IMG/VR virus record: IMGVR_UViG_3300031920_000373
Span: 758 to 64,757 of that record
DNA: 64,000 bases
Direction: 5' to 3' (one strand)
From: a virus
In this document: in pieces, positions 46,918 to 56,917 of the stretch
Layout: each line of letters opens with the position of its first letter
How positions within the stretch are numbered: position 1 is the stretch's first letter
Made by a program: the position numbers and the translations under genes
The notes under the pieces: generated by a model
Databases searched by the model: none
Told to the model about the DNA's origin: nothing
What the model saw: only the letters and a program-made list of their open reading frames with translations

Positions 46918-47095
46918 AACACAGGCACAAATTTTATTAGATTTTGTTGATGAAAATTGGGCAAATTTTGAATTAAGATGTTCTGAGAAAAATGAGGACC
47001 CAGAACACATACGGAGTGAACTTGAAAAAATTGCTATAGGATAGGATTAAAGGGCTTAGACCCGTATTTCATTAAAACAGTAAGGAGAAAGTATT

Positions 47096-48016
47096 ATGAG
47101 TTTCAGGGACAGAATGAAACAACGCAAAGGTGGATTGAAAAAGAGGCACAATACGGCACCCAAGAAAAGTGGAGGCAGGTATCCAACAGTATTTAATAAG
47201 AAGAACATTCCCGAAGGAGTGAACTTCTTTTCCTGTAAAGAAGGACAGCACATTGTTGATATCCTCCCCTGGGAAGCCGGGCCTGATATGCCTCTTGATG
47301 ATCAGGGCCAGCCTGTCGTGGAAGAAGGCGGATTTGACTATGTTCTGGATTTGTATGTCCATCAGAATGTGGGTAAGATGCAGAAGCCCTACGTTTGTCC
47401 TTTTGAAAACTTTGGTGAATCATGTCCCATTTGTGAGTACATTAAAGCGAACAGATTGCCCAAAAAAGAATGGAGCAAGATTCGGGCAAAAAGGCGTTCC
47501 ATATATCTGTTATGGGACAGAACTACTCCAGAATCGGAGAAAAAAGGTGTCCAGATTTTTGATGCCGCTCATTTCTTCATGGAAGAAAAAATCCTCGAAA
47601 TCGCAAAGCTTCCCAGAGGTGGAGGATATGAAGTCTTTTCCGATCCTGATACAGGGAAAAGTGTATGCTGGACTCGTAAGGGTTCGGGGCAGGAAAATAC
47701 ACAGTACTTGGGCCACAGATTCATTGACAGGGAAGCACCAATCCCTGAAAGGATCCTTGACCAGGGCTTTGCTCTTGACCAGTGTATCAATATGCACCCT
47801 ACTTATGAAGAAATCGCAGAAGAAGCGAAGGAATTACTTAGTAAGGGAAATCAAGCAACAGAAACGGATGACGATGTACCATTTAAGGGTGATGAAGATA
47901 TTCCGGATGATCATGTTCGGACGAATCGAAACCAAAAACAGGACAAAAAGGCGGGGGCAAAAAGTCCCAAAGCTGGCTTGAATAAACGTGTGGTCCGCAG
48001 AGTTGTGAAAAAATAA
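47096..48016 (+). CDS. Single-stranded DNA-binding protein (gp32-like)
   Basis: VHQNVG...CPFENFGESCPICE zinc motif, FSDPDTG, acidic tail DDDVPF. Confidence 0.75.
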   Translation: MSFRDRMKQRKGGLKKRHNTAPKKSGGRYPTVFNKKNIPEGVNFFSCKEGQHIVDILPWEAGPDMPLDDQGQPVVEEGGFDYVLDLYVHQNVGKMQKPYVCPFENFGESCPICEYIKANRLPKKEWSKIRAKRRSIYLLWDRTTPESEKKGVQIFDAAHFFMEEKILEIAKLPRGGGYEVFSDPDTGKSVCWTRKGSGQENTQYLGHRFIDREAPIPERILDQGFALDQCINMHPTYEEIAEEAKELLSKGNQATETDDDVPFKGDEDIPDDHVRTNRNQKQDKKAGAKSPKAGLNKRVVRRVVKK

Positions 48017-48030
48017 AGGAGCATTGAAGA

Positions 48031-49212
48031 ATGAAAAAGAAGATCATCCTCAAAAAAAAGACTCCCATAAAGTTGCCCGTGAAGCTACCTGTTAAAAAGC
48101 TACCCGTCAAAAGTGAGTCGGAAGCAGTGGCAGAACAGTTTGACGAGCAACGGGAGGCAGAAGATTTCTATGATTATGAAAAGGAATCGTTTGTGGATCC
48201 TCTTACTCTAATTCCGACGGGCTCAACAACTTTCAATCTTGAATGCTCCGGACGTATCGAAGGGGCATTCAGGACTGGAAAAATGGTCAATCTAATAGGA
48301 GATTCTCATGCTGGCAAAACTCTTTTTGCCTTTACAGTATTTGCGGAATGCGCCCTGCTGGAACGATTTGATAACTATAGGTTTATCTATGATGATGTTG
48401 AGGCCGCCAATGAGTTTAACCTTGCTTTATTATTCGGTAAGAAATGTGCCGACAGGATAGAGTTGGTCCGTTCCAAAACAATTGAGGACTATAATGACAA
48501 TATTGCCCGATACTTGGATGAGGGTCGTCCTTTCATTCATGTGCTGGATTCCTTTGATGCCTTGACTTCTGAGGCCGCCATGGAAAAAGATGCAGAGAAC
48601 CGAAAAGCAAGAGAGAAGGGGAACAAAACCAAAGGAGATTATGGTGATGGTAAACCTAAGACATTCTCCCGTTTCTGTTCTCAAAGAATACAGGACCTAA
48701 GTGACAATGGATCCGCTTTAATCATTATCTCACAAACAAGGGATAACATAGGCTTTGGTGCTATGTTTACTCCCAAAACCAGATCAGGAGGGAGGGCTCT
48801 AAAATTCTACGCCTTTCATGAAATTTGGCTTGCATGTCAGAAGAAGGAAAAAGAAGGGAAACGCACCATCGTTACAAATGTCCAGGCAAAAATCACCAAG
48901 AACAAATTGACTGGAAATCATGGTGAAGTTTATTTCCCTATACTACGTGATTATGGCGTTGATAACCTAAAGTCCTGTATACACTTCTTACAAGATGAAG
49001 GAGACTGGACGGGTACTGACGGAGCAATCAATACAAAAGGGTTTCTGGCACCCGATTTAACTTCTACCAATAAAAAGAAACACCCATCCATTAAAATGAT
49101 CATTGATGATATTGAACAAAATGACCGAGAATTGGAAATGTTCCGTCTCTGTCAAAGAACATTTGATCAAATTATGGAAAATCTTAAACCTAAACGTAAA
49201 CGAAAGTACTAA
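48031..49212 (+). CDS. recA: RecA/UvsX-like recombinase
   Basis: GDSHAGKT, VLDSFDAL, IISQTRDNIG, SGGRALKFYA. Confidence 0.88.
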   Translation: MKKKIILKKKTPIKLPVKLPVKKLPVKSESEAVAEQFDEQREAEDFYDYEKESFVDPLTLIPTGSTTFNLECSGRIEGAFRTGKMVNLIGDSHAGKTLFAFTVFAECALLERFDNYRFIYDDVEAANEFNLALLFGKKCADRIELVRSKTIEDYNDNIARYLDEGRPFIHVLDSFDALTSEAAMEKDAENRKAREKGNKTKGDYGDGKPKTFSRFCSQRIQDLSDNGSALIIISQTRDNIGFGAMFTPKTRSGGRALKFYAFHEIWLACQKKEKEGKRTIVTNVQAKITKNKLTGNHGEVYFPILRDYGVDNLKSCIHFLQDEGDWTGTDGAINTKGFLAPDLTSTNKKKHPSIKMIIDDIEQNDRELEMFRLCQRTFDQIMENLKPKRKRKY

Positions 49213-49229
49213 AGCCCTTGGAGAGAAAC

Positions 49230-49820
49230 ATGACTGGAAAGAAAACTGTAGTAAAAGACAATGGCGCCTTGAGCAGAATAATCAGGGTAATGGTATCAAG
49301 ACAAATTGATTATGCAAAGGTCAAAATTGAGTTTGAAGTGACTGAAAGCCTGTCGGAAGATCAGGAATGTGTAGAGGCGTTGACAGGACTCTGTGAAGAA
49401 TTGGAAACCCTTGCTGATAAGCGTATTGCCACTTATGATGAAGATTATGATCCCGATTCTGAACCCGATGCGGGAACAGACAAACCCGATTCTGAACCCG
49501 ATTCTGAACCCGATGACACAGGTGACGACACGGGTGATGACACAGGAGCCGAGGAAATTGAACTTTCTGAGGATCTGATCAATTCAATGAAAAAGGATGA
49601 GTTGATTGAACTCTGTGAAACTACAGAAGGCCTGGAAAATGTCGATACTTCCAAAAAAGTTACCCTTCTTAAAATGCTCATTATTGATGCCCTTTTTGAT
49701 GAAGAAGGGGGAGATGATACAGGCGGAGAAGATGACAACGGCACCGAAGAAGGTGATAGTGATGCCGGTGACAAAAGCGGTGACGATGAGTGGCAGGATG
49801 ATGACTGGCAAGATGATTAA
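49230..49820 (+). CDS. Very acidic D/E-rich protein with central helical (Rho-N/HeH-like) motif
   Basis: PDSE and GDDT repeats; INSMKKDELIELCE...KKVTLLKMLII. Confidence 0.65.
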   Translation: MTGKKTVVKDNGALSRIIRVMVSRQIDYAKVKIEFEVTESLSEDQECVEALTGLCEELETLADKRIATYDEDYDPDSEPDAGTDKPDSEPDSEPDDTGDDTGDDTGAEEIELSEDLINSMKKDELIELCETTEGLENVDTSKKVTLLKMLIIDALFDEEGGDDTGGEDDNGTEEGDSDAGDKSGDDEWQDDDWQDD

Positions 49821-49852
49821 TGCATGATCAAAGTAATTTGACCACATAAATA

Positions 49853-49890
49853 AGAGATTCCCTGAGTTCTGCTTAGGGAGTCTCCTTCAC
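49853..49890 (+). terminator. Hairpin, likely terminator
   Basis: GAGATTCCCTGAG-TTCTG-CTTAGGGAGTCTC followed by CTTCACTT. Confidence 0.55.
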
Positions 49891-49903
49891 TTAAGGAGAT
49901 CAG

Positions 49904-50785
49904 ATGGCACGGAAAAGGATTCTGTTAATGGACACCTCAAGTGTCCTACACATTGTAAAACACGCAGGAGGTAAACACCTCAAAGAAAAGGATAAGTCCA
50001 CTTATATCATTCTTGGCTTTCTTTTTAAACTTCAATTATTAATGCAAAAAACCAAGCCTAATGTTTGTGCTTTTGCAACTGACAGTCTTCCGGAAGATTC
50101 TGTCAGGAGAAAAATGTATCCAGGCTATAAGTTCAAAAGAAATACCCGAGAAAAGTCGGAGGCTGATCTTGCATTGGATGCAATAGCATGGCCACAATTT
50201 GATGCTATGGAACAAGAAGTGTTGCCTATGATGGGATACTCTAATATATTCCTCACAAAGGGTCTTGAAGCTGATGACATAATCGGAAAAATCTGTAAGT
50301 CCTACAAAAACTGTGAAATCATCATAGTAACCTCAGATCAAGATATGTATCAATTATTAACTCCCACCACATGCATCTTGAAACCCAAAACCTCCACGTA
50401 TTATACAAAGGCAATGTTTTTGAAGGAATATGGAATTGAGCCTTATATGTGGAAAAGAGTAAAAGCAATCGGGGGTTGCTCAACTGATGAGGTTAAGGGC
50501 GTTCAAGGAGTTGCTGAAAATACTGCTTTGAAATATATTAAAGGTGAATTACCCGAGCATTGGAAATCATACAAAGCCATAATCAGTAAGGAAGGAAAGA
50601 GAGTAATCAATCGAAACAAGTCCCTTGTGATACTTCCGTTTAGAAGAACACCTGAATACGATGTTCAACCTGATAGGGTAAGCAAGATCAGAGTTCAAGG
50701 AATGGCCAAACAATATGGATTCAAAGCAATATTGTCTGACCTGGAAAACTGGACAAGAATATTAAAAGGATGGGGATCGGTATGA
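49904..50785 (+). CDS. 5'-3' exonuclease / flap endonuclease (RNase H-like)
   Basis: LLMDTSS, YKFKR, GLEADDIIG, TSDQDMYQL, GCSTDEVKGVQGV. Confidence 0.9.
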   Translation: MARKRILLMDTSSVLHIVKHAGGKHLKEKDKSTYIILGFLFKLQLLMQKTKPNVCAFATDSLPEDSVRRKMYPGYKFKRNTREKSEADLALDAIAWPQFDAMEQEVLPMMGYSNIFLTKGLEADDIIGKICKSYKNCEIIIVTSDQDMYQLLTPTTCILKPKTSTYYTKAMFLKEYGIEPYMWKRVKAIGGCSTDEVKGVQGVAENTALKYIKGELPEHWKSYKAIISKEGKRVINRNKSLVILPFRRTPEYDVQPDRVSKIRVQGMAKQYGFKAILSDLENWTRILKGWGSV

Positions 50786-51312
50786 TAAAATTAACCCATA
50801 AAGAGTTATTAAGACAATTAATGTACAATCCTTGGAATGGTTTGTTTTATTGGAAAGTATCTAATTATTGGTCTGTAAAAGTTGGAAGTATTGCGGGAAG
50901 TTCAGATAAAGATGGGTATATCATAATAGGCATTAATGGAAAATCATATAAAGCACACAGGCTTGCTTGGTTTTATGTTTATAATTGCTGGCCTGGAAAA
51001 AACTGTCATCATCGGGATGAGATAACATATCACAATTGGATTAGTAATTTAGGTGATGTATCACGTTCTGTCAATAACAGAATCTCAGGAAATAATAAAA
51101 ATAATACGAGTGGAGTAAAAGGTGTAAAATGGGATAAACAATCAAACAGATGGGAAACAGAAATTCATATAGATAGCAAATGTGTATATCTTGGTCGCCA
51201 CAAAGATTTTGATGAGGCTGTTTGTCATAGATTAGCCTGTGAACAATGTATAGGTGATGAAAATTCTGAATCAACCAGTCCTGCTTATTTATACGTACAA
51301 GGAATGCTATGA
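50782..51312 (+). CDS. HNH homing endonuclease with AP2-like C-terminus
   Basis: YKAHRLAW...CHHRDEITYHNWISNL; NNTSGVKGVKW...VYLGRHKDFDEA. Confidence 0.85.
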   Translation: MIKLTHKELLRQLMYNPWNGLFYWKVSNYWSVKVGSIAGSSDKDGYIIIGINGKSYKAHRLAWFYVYNCWPGKNCHHRDEITYHNWISNLGDVSRSVNNRISGNNKNNTSGVKGVKWDKQSNRWETEIHIDSKCVYLGRHKDFDEAVCHRLACEQCIGDENSESTSPAYLYVQGML

Positions 51313-51911
51313 AGAAAATATCAATAAGACAACCAAGACAACCAAGACAACCAAGACAAATTAAGCAGGAAGAATTAATCAAAATAAGGAAATTTTTTCA
51401 TAAGAAACAAAATGGAATTTGTCCTATACTTAAATTACGTTTTAATGTATCTAAAATGTGTGTGGATCATGCTCATACTGCAAATTCAAATAATCTGGGT
51501 AGACCAGAGGAGGCGGGATTGATTCGTGGAGTTATACACAGACAAGCAAATACAATGGAAGGTAAGATAACAAATTCCTTCATTCGTTGCGGTCTGCATA
51601 AGTTTGATATCACTATGCCTGACTTCCTTAGGCATCTGGCTGACTTCATTGAAAAACCTACTATGACTCATTTGGGATACATTCATCCGAATGAAGTGCC
51701 CAAAGGTAAATATCTCGGAAAAACTTGTATGAATAGATTGGTAAAAGCATACAATCACAAATATCCTGGAAGAAATATTCCTGACGTTATGATATACAAA
51801 AAATGGAAAAAAGGAAAGAAAAAAGGAAAAGAAAAAGGCAAGAAGTTAACAGCAGGACTGGAGCGATTGTTCGAGGAGTTCAGTATAGAACCCAGTTTTT
51901 TAAAAGGATAA
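51309..51911 (+). CDS. Endonuclease VII-like Holliday junction resolvase
   Basis: QNGICPIL...CVDHAH...GLIRGVIHRQANTMEGK. Confidence 0.8.
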   Translation: MKKISIRQPRQPRQPRQIKQEELIKIRKFFHKKQNGICPILKLRFNVSKMCVDHAHTANSNNLGRPEEAGLIRGVIHRQANTMEGKITNSFIRCGLHKFDITMPDFLRHLADFIEKPTMTHLGYIHPNEVPKGKYLGKTCMNRLVKAYNHKYPGRNIPDVMIYKKWKKGKKKGKEKGKKLTAGLERLFEEFSIEPSFLKG

Positions 51912-51912
51912 T

Positions 51913-52287
51913 ATGATAAACACGGATGAAATAACCAAACGAATCAATCAGCATCATTGCAAAATGTTTGGAGTTGATACCTTCAGTTCAGAAATGAGGC
52001 TTGATTATAAGCCCACAACTAAGAAAGAAATAAATTATTTTAAGGTATTCTTCTTCTTTGAGTTTTGTTCCGAACATGTGAAGTCTTTTTATCCATGGCT
52101 ATTTAAATGGACAGTGGATGGCAAAAGTTGGGAAGGGCTTATTGATCCTATAATTAAAATTACACAAGATGGTAAAAATATCTCTTATGATTTGGATGAA
52201 CATGCAATGAGAGAATCGGTATATAAGTTAATCCAAGCAAAAAAAGCAAATAATAACTATGGAGAATTACACAATGAATTACACTGA
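51913..52287 (+). CDS. Hypothetical protein
   Basis: ORF track. Confidence 0.55.
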   Translation: MINTDEITKRINQHHCKMFGVDTFSSEMRLDYKPTTKKEINYFKVFFFFEFCSEHVKSFYPWLFKWTVDGKSWEGLIDPIIKITQDGKNISYDLDEHAMRESVYKLIQAKKANNNYGELHNELH

Positions 52288-52849
52288 GGCTATAATAGTA
52301 CTGGCACAACACCACATGACTCCCGAAGGATTTGATTTGTTGATGAAAATAGAAGGAAGAATGCCTGATATCTGGAACAAGCCCTCATCAAGCACAGGGA
52401 AATATCACAAGAAAGAGGATGGATCAGTTCCCACAATTGCTCATCATACCTATGAAATGCTTTATGCAGGAGCAAAGATCATCCGCATGTTTGGCGGCAA
52501 AGTTGTTTCCATTCAAAATGATGCGTATATTATGGCGATTATTCTCCATGATATTCAGAAGTATGGCCCCAAAGGTAATATGCCTCACACAAATAATTAT
52601 CATGATCGTTCAATGGCAGATCTGCTTGAGAAAAACAAGAGTGCCCTTAAAACACATTTCACAACCACTCAGGCAGATCTTGTTATTGCAGGAGTAAGAT
52701 ACCACAGTGGTAGATGGAGCAAGAGTGTCCCGAACATGAACGATTTCACCTTTGAACAATACCCTTCCGTTGTTATGTTTCTGCATATGCTGGACATGAT
52801 GAGTACTGCGGACGTTTTGAAATTTCCTGATGTAAATAATGGGAGATAA
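52274..52849 (+). CDS. HD-domain phosphohydrolase
   Basis: GKYH, IAHHT, ILHDIQKYG, RYHSGRW, LHMLDM. Confidence 0.8.
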   Translation: MNYTEAIIVLAQHHMTPEGFDLLMKIEGRMPDIWNKPSSSTGKYHKKEDGSVPTIAHHTYEMLYAGAKIIRMFGGKVVSIQNDAYIMAIILHDIQKYGPKGNMPHTNNYHDRSMADLLEKNKSALKTHFTTTQADLVIAGVRYHSGRWSKSVPNMNDFTFEQYPSVVMFLHMLDMMSTADVLKFPDVNNGR

Positions 52850-52894
52850 TGTCTTTAAGGATAAAAAATTATACCACTATAGGAGAATGCAGTT

Positions 52895-53188
52895 ATGTTA
52901 AAAAAGATCCTTGTTAAAAAATACAAATATAAAAATGGCTGGGATGGTACAATTAAGAAGGTTGAAATAATAAGAGAAACAGACCGTAGTGTTTTCTTTT
53001 TGGGGGGAGGTAGATCTCCTAAAAATTCCAATAGTACAGTTTTCAGAGATACCCCCAATGAGGTTTTCCTTTGGCTTAAAGAACGTCTTGAAAATGAAAT
53101 GGATAGAGCGCAAAAGGAGTATATACGCAGAAAAGGAAAATATGATACACTGATAAACATGGGAACAGGATGGGAACAGGGGGCATAA
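52895..53188 (+). CDS. Hypothetical protein
   Basis: AGGAG SD. Confidence 0.6.
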   Translation: MLKKILVKKYKYKNGWDGTIKKVEIIRETDRSVFFLGGGRSPKNSNSTVFRDTPNEVFLWLKERLENEMDRAQKEYIRRKGKYDTLINMGTGWEQGA

Positions 53189-53482
53189 ATGATACCGTTC
53201 ATAAATCTAAAGTGGAACAAAGAGAACGTATGGGTCGGTGATGCAGTTATCAAGTTCTATCATGGACAGAAATGTCCTTATTGCAGTTTTGCAGGAAAAG
53301 GCTACAATGATCTTGATAGTGAAGGCCCTTGGGATTTTGAATGCTATAACTGTAAACGGGAATGGTCAGTTGTTATGGATGAAGATGCTAAGGAAAAGAG
53401 AAAGTATCTTCTTGACACCCTCCATGAAATTGATTTTCTAATTGGAAGTGCCAAAGCGGTAAGGGGGTTTAAAAAAAGATGA
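53189..53482 (+). CDS. Zinc-ribbon protein
   Basis: CPYC...CYNC. Confidence 0.6.
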   Translation: MIPFINLKWNKENVWVGDAVIKFYHGQKCPYCSFAGKGYNDLDSEGPWDFECYNCKREWSVVMDEDAKEKRKYLLDTLHEIDFLIGSAKAVRGFKKR

Positions 53483-53784
53483 TTGAATTTTCCTGTAAAG
53501 ATTGTGGAAGACTTCTGACAATTGATAGCTCATTAACTATTACCAGCCACACTATGATCAAAATCGGACCCTGTGAAAACTGTGATAATAACAGGTGTAT
53601 AAAAGATACCTGTGATAAATTTACTGAATTAAAAGACGAACTCCAAGAAACAATTACCCAGCAACAAATTGATATTGAGGGTAATGATGAAATGCTCCAA
53701 GGAGTACAAAAATTGTCAGAAAGATGGGGCGGTTTAATAAAAAGGGAAATAAATGAAATCCTTGAAGGAGATAAAAATAAATGA
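53479..53784 (+). CDS. Zinc-finger plus coiled-coil protein
   Basis: CKDCG...CENC. Confidence 0.6.
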   Translation: MIEFSCKDCGRLLTIDSSLTITSHTMIKIGPCENCDNNRCIKDTCDKFTELKDELQETITQQQIDIEGNDEMLQGVQKLSERWGGLIKREINEILEGDKNK

Positions 53785-55154
53785 GTCTTAAAATCGTACA
53801 TCAAAACATGATCAAAATTAAAGATACAAAGTCTACGAATGCAAAGATATCAATGCTTGCTGAAATGCTCAAAAATGATACATTCCGCTCAGTTATCACA
53901 CTAATGTATGATGATGCGAAGCATTTTAAAGTGAACAAGCTTCCAAATAAAATGAAAGTGTCAGGAGGCCTTCTGGCTCCATCAAGTTCTAACCATAATC
54001 AAGAGTTGTTTGCCTATCTGGAAAAATTAGCCCTACAAAAGGGTACGTCCAATTTGGATAAACAGAAATTGTGCAAACTCGCCTCAGTGGATACAGAAAC
54101 ATTTGAGGTGGTTACTCGGATTATAAACAAGGACGCTAAGTGTGGAATCGGTGGGAAGTCTATCAACAAGGCAATGTCTGATCTTCTTTTCCTTATGCCC
54201 TATTGTCGATGCAGTACAGAAAAGGCGAAGATGGGGAATATTGATTATGAAAGAGGCGCCATTGGCCAAGAGAAAGCGGACGGAATGTTTGATAATATCA
54301 TTATCGACCGCAATGGAGGTGTGTTATTCAGAACCAGAAATGGCAACATTATCCACCAGTTAGACCACCTTAAGGAGTTCTTACAGAAAGCTCCTGAAAA
54401 ATACAGGGATACTGTTTACATGGGGGAACTCCTTGTTAGTGTTGGAGGAAAGATTCTCCCCCGAAAAACAGGAAACGGGATTCTATCTTCATGTTTACAG
54501 AATACAGCGGATCCAAAAATGGCAAGGCAAGTCATCATAAAATTGTGGGATGCTGTTCCTCAAAAAGACTTCTGGGCGGGATCATCTGAAATAGCCTACA
54601 CGTATAGACTCAGTAGAGTGTCCACGTTCGTAAGGGAAATGGCAACTATTCAGCTATTTGAACAATCTCCTATAGAAACATTCTGGGTGCATAAAATAGA
54701 GTCCGTAATGTTACATTCCTTAGAAGAGGCACAAGCGTTTTACAAAAGATTGAGAGGTGAGGGAAAAGAAGGCGCCATTATAAAGAACATCCTTGCTAAA
54801 TGGAAGGATAACACTTCTCCCGATCAAGTCAAAATGAAAGCTTGCAAGGATGTTGAACTTAGGATAGTAGGCTGGAAGTATGGCAAAGCTGATACAAGGT
54901 TCCATGATTGTATGGGTTCTGTTCAGTTGAAATCCGATGATGATCTTATCTTTGTTTCCGTAAGCGGATTCACCGACGATGAGAGACTCCTTGATTGGGA
55001 TGCAAGAATAGGAAAGATAGCTACCCTTGAGTGTGACGGAATCATTTCTGACAAAGGCAAACCAGGCGTATACTCTCTTTATCTTCCCAGAAATCTTGAA
55101 ATGCGCCCTGATAGATCCAATACAGATAACTTAAAAAGCTTAAAAAAGAGGTAA
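53781..55154 (+). CDS. ATP-dependent DNA ligase
   Basis: QEKADG (KxDG), MGELL, LWDAV, EGKEGAIIK, VKMK; C-terminal OB domain SLYLPR. Confidence 0.9.
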   Translation: MSLKIVHQNMIKIKDTKSTNAKISMLAEMLKNDTFRSVITLMYDDAKHFKVNKLPNKMKVSGGLLAPSSSNHNQELFAYLEKLALQKGTSNLDKQKLCKLASVDTETFEVVTRIINKDAKCGIGGKSINKAMSDLLFLMPYCRCSTEKAKMGNIDYERGAIGQEKADGMFDNIIIDRNGGVLFRTRNGNIIHQLDHLKEFLQKAPEKYRDTVYMGELLVSVGGKILPRKTGNGILSSCLQNTADPKMARQVIIKLWDAVPQKDFWAGSSEIAYTYRLSRVSTFVREMATIQLFEQSPIETFWVHKIESVMLHSLEEAQAFYKRLRGEGKEGAIIKNILAKWKDNTSPDQVKMKACKDVELRIVGWKYGKADTRFHDCMGSVQLKSDDDLIFVSVSGFTDDERLLDWDARIGKIATLECDGIISDKGKPGVYSLYLPRNLEMRPDRSNTDNLKSLKKR

Positions 55155-55157
55155 AAA

Positions 55158-55544
55158 ATGAAAGAGGGTTATTACCATTTATACAGTCCTGATGAAAAAG
55201 AACCTACATTGGTTCATGGATACTATTGTACTGACGAAGGAGGACAATTCGTCTTTGGGTTTAATACACATGACGGCGGAGGATTGGTACGTCTTGACGA
55301 TTTACGCAAAGAGTCAACTGTAATTCCTGTAACATTGAAGGAGCCCAGACTTGACTCTGTAAAAGATGAAAACAAAGAAAAAGGAATGAAGTATCTTTGT
55401 GAAGAAAATGATAATACCATTGAATACAGGCCTCTGGACAGTGAATTTTATATTGGACATGAATCAGGAGTTGGTGGTTACTGGGTTATCGGGGAACAGG
55501 ACTTGAAACTTGCCCTGATGGAATTCGGCATTACCATTGAATAG
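55158..55544 (+). CDS. Hypothetical protein
   Basis: GAGG SD. Confidence 0.6.
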   Translation: MKEGYYHLYSPDEKEPTLVHGYYCTDEGGQFVFGFNTHDGGGLVRLDDLRKESTVIPVTLKEPRLDSVKDENKEKGMKYLCEENDNTIEYRPLDSEFYIGHESGVGGYWVIGEQDLKLALMEFGITIE

Positions 55545-55557
55545 GGAAGTATAAAAG

Positions 55558-55611
55558 TTAATGATTTATCATTAAAAAACGCTTGACTTTATTTGTCGTG
55601 TGTAGTACGAT
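55558..55611 (+). promoter_or_regulatory. Class II promoter with upstream palindrome
   Basis: TTAATGA-TTTA-TCATTAA, 7 bp, TTGACT-N17-TACGAT. Confidence 0.8.
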
Positions 55612-55617
55612 CATAAA

Positions 55618-55827
55618 ATGAAAAATTACAAAAAAAGACGGCTTTACAATAAGAATGAATTTTGCAAATCAGTTTCCTGTTCTTGGCTTCACCCGATTAC
55701 AAAAACGTGTGGAGACAAGGACGGGAATTGTTGTTTTACGGCAAAGGAATTTCACCATTGGTTAATTAAAAATAACTTTAGGATTGTAAAAGATGAAAAA
55801 GATAGTAACCAAGACGTCAATTCGTAG
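55618..55827 (+). CDS. Small Cys-rich protein
   Basis: ORF directly after class II promoter; no SD visible (possibly leaderless). Confidence 0.5.
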   Translation: MKNYKKRRLYNKNEFCKSVSCSWLHPITKTCGDKDGNCCFTAKEFHHWLIKNNFRIVKDEKDSNQDVNS

Positions 55828-56059
55828 GAAATTAGAACAGAAGGCAAAAGTATTGATGATCTGTAATGCCAAGAAAAAGTTTGATCATTGCCTTACTTAT
55901 TGCACTCATGGGATTTATCATGAAAAAGAAGTAGGAAGAGATGCCTGCCATAATAATACCGAAATCTGTAAAATACAACCCAGGATAGTTAGAGTCACTT
56001 GTCGGCATCTTACCGCTCAGGAAAAGCGAGATTGGATTGAAAAGGAAATAAACAAATGA
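55793..56059 (+). CDS. Small Cys/His-rich protein
   Basis: ORF track. Confidence 0.55.
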   Translation: MKKIVTKTSIRRKLEQKAKVLMICNAKKKFDHCLTYCTHGIYHEKEVGRDACHNNTEICKIQPRIVRVTCRHLTAQEKRDWIEKEINK

Positions 56060-56505
56060 AAGCTGACCACAATATGTTAATGAAGCTGGCTGAATTGGGA
56101 ATTTTAAGAAGTATGCCTGATTTTCTTGGGGAACCTCTGAAACCAGGAAGACTCAGAGCAAGATTCATGGAAATTGAGTTCATTGTGGATAATGAACTCA
56201 AACGTGTATTTGCCAATGATCCTAATATTTACAAGGACAATCTATCCGAGATTACTGCATATCTTGAAAAATTCGGTAAAATAATGAATGTGGATAATCT
56301 TGAAAAGGCGGATATCCATGTTGCTTCTGTGGTTTGCTTCTGTATGAGCTTCCTTGAGACAACCAAAACAAAGTATCCCAAAAAGCTGTATGAATACCTC
56401 AAGGACATCATTGATTATTATGAGCGGGCCGATAACATAAAACATAGTGATTTTATGAGTGGCAGAACCTTTCATAAAGAATGGGAGAGAATTAACAATG
56501 GATGA
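56056..56505 (+). CDS. Hypothetical helical protein
   Basis: ATGA overlap. Confidence 0.6.
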   Translation: MKADHNMLMKLAELGILRSMPDFLGEPLKPGRLRARFMEIEFIVDNELKRVFANDPNIYKDNLSEITAYLEKFGKIMNVDNLEKADIHVASVVCFCMSFLETTKTKYPKKLYEYLKDIIDYYERADNIKHSDFMSGRTFHKEWERINNG

Positions 56506-56689
56506 AAAAATGCTGGAGTTCACTGGCGAAGTTAAACAGATTGGAAAAAATGCAGTTCTTATCAATGTTGATGGTATAACTGGATGGGTTCCAAATTCTG
56601 AAGCTGACTACATTGATGAACCAACACGAAGAGGTGAAATTACATTTCTTATTCCAAAATGGTTGGCAATCAAAAAAAGGATTTATTAA
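56498..56689 (+). CDS. Small beta-barrel-like protein
   Basis: AVLINVDGITGWVPNS...FLIPKWLAIKK. Confidence 0.55.
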   Translation: MDEKMLEFTGEVKQIGKNAVLINVDGITGWVPNSEADYIDEPTRRGEITFLIPKWLAIKKRIY

Positions 56690-56907
56690 TGAATAAAAAA
56701 ATACTCAGAAGATTGGCCAATGATGTTATAAATGATCACATAACGGATATTGAGATAATAGGACAAGCAGTCAACGAACTACTTCCAAAAGAGACAAGTA
56801 GATTGCTGTTCAAAGCCGTCAATATGTGCATATCAAATAAAGGCATCAGACACAGAGCATTCAATGCGTACCAAATACGTAATAATGGATATTCAAGAAT
56901 AAATTAA
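56689..56907 (+). CDS. Hypothetical protein
   Basis: TAATG coupling. Confidence 0.5.
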   Translation: MNKKILRRLANDVINDHITDIEIIGQAVNELLPKETSRLLFKAVNMCISNKGIRHRAFNAYQIRNNGYSRIN

Positions 56908-56917
56908 AGAGGGATAT

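Noticed and set aside
51324-51360. caaccaaga x3 (QPR) and similar coding microrepeats (GST x3 near 4030, PDSE near 49460)
   Set aside because: Short in-frame low-complexity linkers with no evidence of a regulatory or mobile role
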